A stretch of DNA of 41,561 nucleotides from Patescibacteria group bacterium (GTDB lineage: Bacteria > Patescibacteriota > Minisyncoccia > Phycocordibacterales > UBA9973), in NCBI GenBank assembly GCA_038078255.1, contig JBBUEH010000013.1, positions 1-41,561 on the forward strand. The letters are read 5' to 3'. The first letter of the stretch is position 1. The number at the start of each line of letters is the position of its first letter. Positions 33,711 to 41,493 of this stretch are shown here, piece after piece. A model generated the notes under the pieces. It was not told the origin of the DNA. It saw only the letters and a list, made by a program, of their open reading frames with translations, and did no database searches. The translations under genes and the position numbers were made by a program.

Positions 33711-33771
33711 TGTCAACAGATATCAACAAGTTTTCCACATAGTTGACAGCTTGACAAGCCTTATGTATGCT
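33711..33771. promoter_or_regulatory. Divergent control region: four TCAACA/TGTTGA-type half sites and a TTGACA-17-TATGCT plus-strand promoter
   Basis: TGTCAACA 33711-18, TATCAACA 33721-28, GTTGACAG 33742-49, CTTGACAA 33750-57. -35 at 33743-48, -10 at 33766-71. Confidence 0.45.
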
Positions 33772-33957
33772 ACACTTACAACGAAAGACCACATTTTTAG
33801 TGGCTTTCCGGGCGTTTAAATTGAATTGGGAGATTACCTCCTCCAAATGCTCCGGTCGGTTTCTTCAAGAAGCTAGATATTTTAGAGCAAAGCGTCGAAT
33901 ACTTATACTCTATCATATATGACACCCGATTAACAACACAAGCGAAACTAAATAGTC

Positions 33958-34104
33958 ATGAGTGCAAACTCAAAAACAACCCTTCGTGGTCGTGATGCTG
34001 AAACTGGTGAATTCACTACTGTAGAGGAAGCACGACGTCATCCAAAGGATCGTGTCGTGGAAAGAGTTCCAAAACCTGGCTACGGGGACACAAAAGATAA
34101 ATAA
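33958..34104 (+). CDS. Small basic/acidic hypothetical protein (48 aa)
   Basis: Hand translation gives MSANSKTTLRGRDAETGEFTTVEEARRHPKDRVVERVPKPGYGDTKDK. Followed by a hairpin and terminator. Confidence 0.45.
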   Translation: MSANSKTTLRGRDAETGEFTTVEEARRHPKDRVVERVPKPGYGDTKDK

Positions 34105-34162
34105 TCTTAGGGCAACCTAAGATTATTATAAAAAACTGCCTAGAGGAAGGGGCGGTTTTTTT
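34103..34162 (+). terminator. 9-bp hairpin (aatcttagg gcaa cctaagatt) followed by a rho-independent-type terminator (aaaaactgcc N10 ggcggttttt)
   Basis: Stems checked by hand. T-run at 34156-34162. Confidence 0.6.
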
Positions 34163-34165
34163 ATT

Positions 34166-34220
34166 TAATCAATAAACTAAATATGTCCTTGTGTATCCTG
34201 TTTTTCTTTCTGCGTAGCCT
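34166..34220 (+). repeat. Direct repeat copy 1 (about 55 nt, about 85% identical to 34796-34850)
   Basis: taatcaataaactaaatatgtccttgtgtatcctgtttttctttctgcgtagcct versus taatcaataaactaaatctgtccctgtgtactctgttcgtctttctgcattgcct. Confidence 0.8.
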
Positions 34221-34288
34221 TAGTATTAAGTATTTAGGGTATAATAATTTCGTAACATAAGATCTTGTTACTTTCTACTATATATAAA

Positions 34289-34798
34289 ATGCTAGATTAT
34301 TTAGAACAATGGAATAGGCTAGAGAGATACTATAAAAAAGTTTTAGATCTGGAACTTAATGAGCAAAATTTAAGTAGCGACGAGTGTTTAGAGGAAATGT
34401 ATTTGTTCTTTGAAAACTGTTTTAAATTGAGAGATTGGGTAAGAAACTCTGAGTATGTTGGCAAGAAAGCAAAGACAGAAATAACAGAACTATTTGAAAA
34501 TGATAAAAACCTAAGTGTGTGTGCGGGCTTGGCAAACAGACGAAAGCACCTCAGGATTGATAGTAGAAAAAGATATGGTGATTCTAGTGTTGTAAGTCAT
34601 TCTGTTACGGTAATGGTGCCAGTTTTACGAATAGGAAGTAGTCGGCCCCAGACATCATCAATAACTAAGGCTAAATACAACTGGGGGCTGAAGTCTGGAG
34701 GGGAAAAGTTTGAATTGATTAGATTAGCTAAGCTGTGTATGGAAGAAATAAAAACATTTATGAGTGACCACAATCTTTTGAGTCAGGCTACAAAATAA
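34289..34798 (+). CDS. Hypothetical protein (169 aa), possibly HEPN-like; bracketed by direct repeats
   Basis: ATG at 34289. FFENCFKLRDWV ... CAGLANRRKHL is reminiscent of some HEPN/Abi families, but this is weak and by eye only. Confidence 0.55.
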   Translation: MLDYLEQWNRLERYYKKVLDLELNEQNLSSDECLEEMYLFFENCFKLRDWVRNSEYVGKKAKTEITELFENDKNLSVCAGLANRRKHLRIDSRKRYGDSSVVSHSVTVMVPVLRIGSSRPQTSSITKAKYNWGLKSGGEKFELIRLAKLCMEEIKTFMSDHNLLSQATK

Positions 34799-34850
34799 TC
34801 AATAAACTAAATCTGTCCCTGTGTACTCTGTTCGTCTTTCTGCATTGCCT
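34796..34850 (+). repeat. Direct repeat copy 2
   Basis: See 34166-34220. Overlaps the stop codon of the 34289-34798 ORF. Confidence 0.8.
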
Positions 34851-34963
34851 TGATGAATAGTAGCTTGTTGTATAAACTCTCCATATAGAAACGGTCGGAA
34901 AATATGGTTATAATTAAATCCTGTTCCCTGCACAAATAATTCTAAACATGCTAAAATATAGAC

Positions 34964-35086
34964 ATGTATCAAATAAATAAAACACTTATATATTTTCTTA
35001 TTTTAACAATTGTCGCTGGATTCTTCGCTTTTAGGATTATAGTAAAAGCATACAGCAATGCCTACGAGGGTTATTTAACTGAATAG
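34964..35086 (+). CDS. Possible 40-aa single-TM peptide
   Basis: MYQINKTLIYFLILTIVAGFFAFRIIVKAYSNAYEGYLTE. Lies downstream of repeat copy 2 and a TATAAT. Coding status unproven. Confidence 0.25.
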   Translation: MYQINKTLIYFLILTIVAGFFAFRIIVKAYSNAYEGYLTE

Positions 35087-35109
35087 ATATTTTAGGTTAA
35101 GATGTATCT

Positions 35110-35574
35110 ATGTCAAAAAACATCTTAATAATGCACAATATTCGAAGCGTGGAAAATGTCGGGGCGATGTTTCGTACGGCGGATGCAGTGGGAATAAATA
35201 AAATTTATTTGACGGGCTATACGGCTACGCCCCTTGATAGATTTGGTAGAAAGAGGGGAGACTTGGTAAAGTCTGCGCTCGGGGCAGAGGAATTCATAGA
35301 ATGGGAAGCTAAAAAAAGCCTGCCTGCCCTCATGCGTAGCTTGAAGCGGGGAAAGTTTTTAATTATTGGCATCGAGCAAGATAAAAACTCGATAGATTAC
35401 AGAAAAGTTAAATTAAAAAGTAAAAATGCTTTCATCGTCGGTACTGAGGTCACCGGAATTCCGAAAAATATTCTAAAACAATGCGATGTCATAGCCGAAA
35501 TCCCGATGCGTGGCAAAAAAGAATCCTTGAATGTTTCTGTGGCGCTTGGAGTTTTTCTCTTCAGGGTTTTATAG
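35110..35574 (+). CDS. SpoU/TrmH-family RNA 2'-O-methyltransferase
   Basis: 154 aa. NIRSVENVGAMFRTADAVG, IVGTEVTGIP, IPMRGKKESLNVSVALGVFLF. Confidence 0.85.
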   Translation: MSKNILIMHNIRSVENVGAMFRTADAVGINKIYLTGYTATPLDRFGRKRGDLVKSALGAEEFIEWEAKKSLPALMRSLKRGKFLIIGIEQDKNSIDYRKVKLKSKNAFIVGTEVTGIPKNILKQCDVIAEIPMRGKKESLNVSVALGVFLFRVL

Positions 35575-36420
35575 TTGGTGTAGGTCACAAAAATGCGCAC
35601 TTCGACCAGCTATTACTTTTCTTTTTATGATGCCCTTACAGTTCTTTTTTCTACATTTTTCACCAGTTCGCCGGTAGGCTTCGTGATGGAGTTGGAATTT
35701 TCCAGGCAATCCATGAATATTGCGATAATCCGAAGTGGAATCTCCACCGAAGTTTATGCCTTTGCGCAAAGTTTCTTTTAGGGCTTGGAAAATTAATTTT
35801 AATTCTTTTTCTTTGATGCTCGAAACTTTTCTCTTGGGATGCACTCCGGCCCGCCAGAGTATCTCGTCAGAATAGATGTTGCCAATACCAGCAAGGATGC
35901 TTTGGTCCATCAGGATTGTTTTTATCTTCCCATTTGGTTTTTGAAGAATTCGTGACTTTAAATTATTAATTATAAATTGTTTCTCGAGCGGCTCAGGGCC
36001 CAGGTTGTTCAGATGTTTTGTCTCGTGGGCGGTTTTCGTATTAAGCAGGGTGATCTTTCCGAATTTACGCATATCTGAAAGAATTAAATATTTTTTATTA
36101 GATAAAGTGAAAATTACATGAGCAAATTTAATTTTTGGATTTTCCCCGCAAAAAAGATATCCGGTCATTTTTAAATGCACTAAAATTGTTTTACCTCCAG
36201 AAATATTAATCAAGATATTTTTTGCCCTTCTCTCTATGGATAAAACTTTCCCCCCCAAGATCTCTTTTCTAAAAATTTTAAAATATTGAACATTTGCCAC
36301 ATTATCTCTCTGGCACTTGTCCTTGGTATTTAAATCTGTCCAAACATCTTTTATTACCAGACCTCTGATGGTTTTTTTCAGCCCTCGTACAGTTGTTTCT
36401 ACTTCTGGAAGTTCTGGCAT
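35569..36420 (-). CDS. mutM: Formamidopyrimidine-DNA glycosylase
   Basis: MPELPEVET N-terminus, H2TH region, C-terminal zinc-finger-like Cys cluster. Confidence 0.9.
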   Translation of the reverse strand: MPELPEVETTVRGLKKTIRGLVIKDVWTDLNTKDKCQRDNVANVQYFKIFRKEILGGKVLSIERRAKNILINISGGKTILVHLKMTGYLFCGENPKIKFAHVIFTLSNKKYLILSDMRKFGKITLLNTKTAHETKHLNNLGPEPLEKQFIINNLKSRILQKPNGKIKTILMDQSILAGIGNIYSDEILWRAGVHPKRKVSSIKEKELKLIFQALKETLRKGINFGGDSTSDYRNIHGLPGKFQLHHEAYRRTGEKCRKKNCKGIIKRKVIAGRSAHFCDLHQL

Positions 36421-36429
36421 ATTTTAATT

Positions 36430-37005
36430 TTATTTCCCTCCCAAGACTTTCAAGGCTTCGCGGATTTTTACATTGGTGTCTAAAGTTCCAGAAACTTTTT
36501 TCAACGCATCACGAGCTTCATGCTGGGAATAGCCGAGGGACTTCAATGCTTCTAGGGCGTCGAGTTCTCCCTGAAGAGATGCGCCTTCTTGTTCACCGCC
36601 TTCTTTGGTTATTTTATCTCGCAATTCGATGACAATCTTCTCTGCAGTTTTCCTGCCGATGCCAGAAATTTTCGTGAGATAGCTTGTGTCATTAGTGCGA
36701 ATGGCTTTTTTTAATGTTTCGATGGAAGTAACTCCCAGGATGACTAACGCCCCCTTCGGCCCAATGCCAGAAACACCGATGAGCATTTCAAAGAATTCCA
36801 ATTCTGGTTTCTCCAAGAATCCATATAAATCTAAAATATCTTCTCGCACATGCGTGTGAATGAAAAGAAAAATTTCCTCGTCGAGTTTTTTTATTTTTGT
36901 TAAAGTATCAGAGGATACATTTATTTTATATCCTACCCCACCCGTCTCGACCAGGATAAACTTCTCTGTCTTGAATATAATTTTTCCCCTAATGCTTCCG
37001 ATCAT
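36430..37005 (-). CDS. ruvA: Holliday junction DNA helicase subunit RuvA
   Basis: The start at 37005 gives MIGSIRGKII, the canonical RuvA N-terminus. HhH motifs GIGPKGA and ISGIGRKTAEKI. The ORF-track start at 37059 would abut rpsT. Confidence 0.9.
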   Translation of the reverse strand: MIGSIRGKIIFKTEKFILVETGGVGYKINVSSDTLTKIKKLDEEIFLFIHTHVREDILDLYGFLEKPELEFFEMLIGVSGIGPKGALVILGVTSIETLKKAIRTNDTSYLTKISGIGRKTAEKIVIELRDKITKEGGEQEGASLQGELDALEALKSLGYSQHEARDALKKVSGTLDTNVKIREALKVLGGK

Positions 37006-37059
37006 GATATAAATCATACCATATTTGTGTTTTCTTGTGTTTTCTGCTAAATTAAACAT

Positions 37060-37314
37060 ATGCCCATAACAAAGTCAGCTAAAAAAGCAGTTCGAGGATC
37101 TCTGCGCAAGAAAGCCTTTAATGACCAGAGAAAACGAGTGATGAAAGAAATGATCAAGAAAATGGAGAAATTATCTAAAACAGATAAGGCTGAAGCTCGC
37201 AAAATGCTGTCGAATGTTTATCAAGCGATAGATAAATCTGCGCAAAAGGGAGTGATTAAAAAGAATAATGCCGCTCGTAAGAAATCTCGTCTGTCTAAAT
37301 TGGTCAAAGAATAA
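37060..37314 (+). CDS. rpsT: 30S ribosomal protein S20
   Basis: MPITKSAKKAVRGSLRK.., 84 aa, basic. Confidence 0.9.
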   Translation: MPITKSAKKAVRGSLRKKAFNDQRKRVMKEMIKKMEKLSKTDKAEARKMLSNVYQAIDKSAQKGVIKKNNAARKKSRLSKLVKE

Positions 37315-37586
37315 TGAGTCACTTATTAGAATTTTATGGAACAGAGTGCCCGCACTGTGTGTGTATGCATGAGCTCGTGGAAAAGTTAGAAAAAGAAGAA
37401 GGTATTAAAGTTGAAAGTTTGGAAGTCTGGCACAATAAAGAAAACGAAAAGCGTCTCTTGGAATTGGATAAAGATTTCTGTGGTGGGGTACCCTTTTTCT
37501 ATAATACGAAAACTCACCAATGGATTTGCGGAGAGGATAGTTACGATCTTTTGAAAAGATGGGCGCTCGGAGGTAAAGGACATTAA
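37314..37586 (+). CDS. Thioredoxin/glutaredoxin-like small protein (CPHC)
   Basis: 90 aa. YGTECPHC active-site-like motif. Confidence 0.6.
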   Translation: MSHLLEFYGTECPHCVCMHELVEKLEKEEGIKVESLEVWHNKENEKRLLELDKDFCGGVPFFYNTKTHQWICGEDSYDLLKRWALGGKGH

Positions 37587-37589
37587 AAA

Positions 37590-37633
37590 AAACAAAAAAC
37601 ACCCCAAATAAAATTTTGAGGTGTTTTTTGTTT
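37590..37633. terminator. Bidirectional terminator (14-bp A/U-flanked stem) between convergent trx-like and csp genes
   Basis: aaacaaaaaacacc N16 ggtgttttttgttt. Confidence 0.7.
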
Positions 37634-37643
37634 GGGATAAATA

Positions 37644-37841
37644 TTATGCTCGTTGCACATTCACCGCATTCAATCCTTTTGGTGATTCAGCTGTTTCGAA
37701 AGAAACGGCATCACCTTCTTTGAGCTCGTCAAAGGTTACGCCCACCAGAGAATTACTATGAAAGAATAAATCCTTTGCAAGTCCTTCTGCTGTAATGAAG
37801 CCGAAACCATTTGGAGTCAATCGTTTTATTGTACCAGTCAT
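37644..37841 (-). CDS. Cold-shock domain protein
   Basis: 65 aa. GFGFI RNP1 motif. Has a long (about 140 nt) 5' untranslated region, typical for csp genes. Confidence 0.9.
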   Translation of the reverse strand: MTGTIKRLTPNGFGFITAEGLAKDLFFHSNSLVGVTFDELKEGDAVSFETAESPKGLNAVNVQRA

Positions 37842-37985
37842 TGATTTTTTTGATTATTTGTAAATTACAAAAGTGTTCTACGAAATCGACTCTTTTCTTT
37901 ATCCGTTCGAGTCAAGCCTTAACTAGACTCTCAGGATCTACGACCTACTTTGTGTTCATAATATATCATATTTAAAACTACTCTG

Positions 37986-39731
37986 TCAAGCCCCTGCTAT
38001 CGCCTTTGGTAGTGTTCCTGTAATGCTTCGTCCATACGCTATCTCTTTCATAATTGCTAAATCAGCCGGATTAAAAAAAACTTCTGTTACCAAAGAAAAA
38101 TCGTAGTTATTACCCTCCGTTTGTACCGGCAGTACTAATCGCAAACCATCCTGTTCAAACTCGATGCCAACACGATATCTCACAGTATCACTTTCATGAA
38201 GCCAGTAGGTCGGACCTTTTTGAATATCCCGGATTGTTTCTACAAACTCGTGAGGTCTGTTTTGCAATTCTAACAATCTATCTGTGATTTTGCTTGCGAC
38301 ATTTTTTTGAGGACTGTATTTATTAGGCTGTGTTGATGACCGCAGTTTTTTACTTTCTCTAGCTTCCACAAATGATTTAGATACAGATTTTGCGACACTG
38401 TATATACTCTTGTTTTCATCGTTTCTAGTGGCTTGTTCAGCTAGTGGCTTCTCTGACAGTACAAAACTTGTAAGCGCAGTAAGTGTCTCGGGCGTGTATC
38501 CGGCCTTCACATAGTGCTCGATTTGAGCCTGGTCTAATGTGTCGCCGGTGACAATGTCTTCAATGATATTTTTAATGGGGACAGTATCATGACCATATTG
38601 ATGGGGTAAGTCGAATTGTCGGACTATTCCTAGCTCCTCGCAAATTTTTTCTGCATCGACATTCGCCTTCGTAAGGTCCTGAAGTGTTCCTATCTGAAAA
38701 CCCGTCAACTCATATTCTTCAGCGATATCGGAAAGAAGCGCATGGTGTATCGTCCGTCCGTCCCGGTGCTCTAAAAAAGCGAAGAGATGCTTGAGAGGAT
38801 AGAATCCCCTGAATCCTTCATAGATGCCGATACGGTTGTCAAAGCCCGAGGCAAAGTGCAAATATGCCGGCTGTGCCTTCTCTAAAAATAACTCGCCGTC
38901 ATCTGTAACTGTACAGTCAAGATTTCTGTATATTTTCGCATCAGCTTCAAGATTAATAGTCTGAAGAGGATCTAAATAATATATGCCCCTGTAACTGTCG
39001 CCGAGGCTCGTATCCCAGTGCAGCATAGCACCAATAATATTTTCGAAGGAAAGCCCTTTTTTGATCTGACCCCATGCAATGTTTAATACTATCGCTTTTT
39101 TTTCGGCACTTGCTTTAATCTCTTGCCGTACCGTTTCTATGCTACCCTCGCTTGGTTTCTCATTCTCCCATGCTTTGTAGGCGTCTATGTATTTTTGTTT
39201 CTTATCTTCGCTAAGCGCCGATAACTCTTCATCCTTGAGGACTTTTGGTTTGTGTTCTTGCCACTCAGAAAAAATTTTTAAAAACTCTTCAAACTGTTTC
39301 CATACAGCTTTCGAGCCACCCATGATCTTGTCGATTGCATTATTTATTGCCATGCCTACTACATCAGGGTGCAAAGTGCGCATTAGCATTCGGTAGGATT
39401 TGTGGGCTTCTACAAAATCTCCATCGGGTACACCCAGTATTTGATATGGACTTTTGCCTCCTAGCTCATCGGGAACAAACAGCTGATCCGCTAGTAGTAG
39501 AGCTCCTTTACCTTCTTCAGCTAACATTTGGCGTTGACCGAACCACTCATCCGAAAATTGAGTAAATTTGGCGTTTCGATCTACCGTAGTTCTTTTTCGC
39601 TCTCTCTGTGCAAACTCTGGTATCTCTAGCTCGTTATATATAGTGCGCTTTGTTAGGATGTCCGAATATATGCCAGGCACCTCATTCGATTTAGATTCAT
39701 CTTGCAACTTTTTCGGCCATTGATCATACAT
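37986..39731 (-). CDS. Large J-domain-containing protein of unknown function
   Basis: 581 aa. SPYQILGVPDGDFVEAHKSYRMLMRTLHPD is a J-domain with the HPD motif at about aa 93-125. The remaining 450 aa or so have no recognisable family. Confidence 0.6.
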   Translation of the reverse strand: MYDQWPKKLQDESKSNEVPGIYSDILTKRTIYNELEIPEFAQRERKRTTVDRNAKFTQFSDEWFGQRQMLAEEGKGALLLADQLFVPDELGGKSPYQILGVPDGDFVEAHKSYRMLMRTLHPDVVGMAINNAIDKIMGGSKAVWKQFEEFLKIFSEWQEHKPKVLKDEELSALSEDKKQKYIDAYKAWENEKPSEGSIETVRQEIKASAEKKAIVLNIAWGQIKKGLSFENIIGAMLHWDTSLGDSYRGIYYLDPLQTINLEADAKIYRNLDCTVTDDGELFLEKAQPAYLHFASGFDNRIGIYEGFRGFYPLKHLFAFLEHRDGRTIHHALLSDIAEEYELTGFQIGTLQDLTKANVDAEKICEELGIVRQFDLPHQYGHDTVPIKNIIEDIVTGDTLDQAQIEHYVKAGYTPETLTALTSFVLSEKPLAEQATRNDENKSIYSVAKSVSKSFVEARESKKLRSSTQPNKYSPQKNVASKITDRLLELQNRPHEFVETIRDIQKGPTYWLHESDTVRYRVGIEFEQDGLRLVLPVQTEGNNYDFSLVTEVFFNPADLAIMKEIAYGRSITGTLPKAIAGA

Positions 39732-39740
39732 ACATACAGC

Positions 39741-40391
39741 TTAAAGCTTTTTATTTAAAGAATCAAGAAAAGTTTCCAATTCTTCTCCCCTAATTTCTCT
39801 TGTAGCGTTTGGTTTTAAGTTGCCGAGTTTTATATTCATAATTCTTTCTCGCTTTAGATCGGCGACTTCTTGGAAGAGCGCAGAGCACATTCGGCGGATT
39901 TGGTGTTTCTTGCCCTCGGTTAACACTATTCTAAAAGTATTTTCGTTTAGTATTTTAACACTACACTTTTTTGTCATATAGCCTTCGATGTTCACCCCCG
40001 CCTCCATTTTCTGTTTGAAATTTGAACGGAGTTTCTCTTTGGTTTTCACTAGGTATTCTTTTTCATGAACATATTTTGGGTTTAGTAGTTGATCAGTAAT
40101 GCGTCCGTCATTAGTAAGGATTAAAAGTCCATGAGAATTTTTATCAAGCCTACCTATGGAAAAAAGTTCTGCTTGGGGCGAGCTTGTTTCAATACCGGCG
40201 GGTTTATTGTAAGCGAAATAAACATATGCTTTAGGAGTATAGCCCCTTACTTCCACTTTATCTTTTTCATCCACCTTGCTACCGAGGAGCGCAAGCTTGC
40301 CATTAATAAAAACTTTTTTATTTTTTATTAATTCGTCTGCCCCTCGTCTGGTTGAGATTTTTTTCAGCGCCAGGTATTTATTTATTCGCAT
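39741..40391 (-). CDS. RsuA/RluB-family pseudouridine synthase
   Basis: N-terminal S4 domain (MRINKYLA..). Catalytic GRLDKNSHGLLILTNDG. Confidence 0.85.
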   Translation of the reverse strand: MRINKYLALKKISTRRGADELIKNKKVFINGKLALLGSKVDEKDKVEVRGYTPKAYVYFAYNKPAGIETSSPQAELFSIGRLDKNSHGLLILTNDGRITDQLLNPKYVHEKEYLVKTKEKLRSNFKQKMEAGVNIEGYMTKKCSVKILNENTFRIVLTEGKKHQIRRMCSALFQEVADLKRERIMNIKLGNLKPNATREIRGEELETFLDSLNKKL

Positions 40392-41421
40392 ATGGCTTTA
40401 CAAGCATGATTAGAATTAACACAAGAATGATCAAGATTGACCACTCGATGATATTTCCTGGGAAAAACGGACTTCCAACAAGAGCAGTGGCTCCGAGTGG
40501 CGCCACTAATTCGCTGGTTTTAACTTCAACAGGTTTTGTAGGGGGAACTTCTTGGATGACAGTTGTTCTGGTTTCGACAGGCTCTTCGATTATTATAACA
40601 GTGTTTGTATTGGCAAAATTTGCATTTGTTCTGAAACTTAAAATGGAGCCGATATTTCTAAAATAGGAATTTTCTGCCACGGCCCGGAAATAGTATGTGG
40701 TATTAAGCGAGAGGCCCGAAAGGGTGTGGACATGTCTCGTGGATGGAGAGGTTCCGAGGAACAGCGCCTCTGTTTTAGAGCCCAAGTTTTGAGTTCTACC
40801 CCATTCAAACCAAGATCTTGTAGGATTATTTATGGAAGTCAAAATTAGAGAATTTAACTCTGCGCTATTGCCTGCAATTTTGGAGGCGGGTTCTGTGATG
40901 GCTGTCGGAATGGTGGAATTTGTCGGTTGGTTGTAATACTGAGGGTCGTTGGGGTAATCATAATATGCATAGTTCGAATAATTTATATTGGGATAGTTGT
41001 AGTAATTATTATTTGAAGGAGCGGTTCTGAATGAAAAAATATTTCCATAATCAGTACCTTCAGAATTTCGTGCCACAGCCCGGAAATAATATATAGTGTT
41101 TTCACGCAAGTTGTCGAGATCAATATTGAAATTCTCATAGTCATCACCAGTGGATTTTCGGGGAGTGGTTTCGTTCATACTTCTGGTTGTGCCGTATTCA
41201 AACCAAGCACGAGTGGAGTCATTATTACCATCGACTGACCCATTAAGGGTTGCGTTGGCGCTAGTAATATAATTAGCATTTCTCGTGGTAACAGTTGGTT
41301 CGCTGGCTGCGTTGACGATGAGAGGGAAGAATCCCATAGCCCAAAAGACCATTAAAAATATAGATAAAATAATTTTTCGGCGGAAATTTATTTTTTCGTG
41401 AAACATATTTTTATTATACAC
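40378..41421 (-). CDS. Surface protein with two FN3-like repeats, Tyr/Asn-rich linker and C-terminal TM anchor
   Basis: Internal duplication: ATLNGSV..TRAWFEYGTT..YYFRAVARNS..FSFRT and AELNSLI..TRSWFEWGRT..YYFRAVAENS..LSFRT. N-terminal signal-anchor and C-terminal hydrophobic helix. Confidence 0.6.
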   Translation of the reverse strand: MYNKNMFHEKINFRRKIILSIFLMVFWAMGFFPLIVNAASEPTVTTRNANYITSANATLNGSVDGNNDSTRAWFEYGTTRSMNETTPRKSTGDDYENFNIDLDNLRENTIYYFRAVARNSEGTDYGNIFSFRTAPSNNNYYNYPNINYSNYAYYDYPNDPQYYNQPTNSTIPTAITEPASKIAGNSAELNSLILTSINNPTRSWFEWGRTQNLGSKTEALFLGTSPSTRHVHTLSGLSLNTTYYFRAVAENSYFRNIGSILSFRTNANFANTNTVIIIEEPVETRTTVIQEVPPTKPVEVKTSELVAPLGATALVGSPFFPGNIIEWSILIILVLILIMLVKPYANK

Positions 41422-41493
41422 CCTTTAACTTAGTTTGTCAACGCTTGGATTTTGAGTGAAAAACTGTTAACCTAAAATAGAGAAGAATACAAA

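Noticed and set aside
34166-34850. Direct repeats considered as a CRISPR array.
   Set aside because: There are only two copies, 630 nt apart, they are imperfect, and they bracket a protein-coding ORF. This is not CRISPR.
30814-35109. Calling the tRNA-Lys-adjacent island an integrated mobile element or prophage.
   Set aside because: The window shows no integrase, no repeat of the tRNA 3' end and no phage structural genes. It is reported only as an accessory islet.
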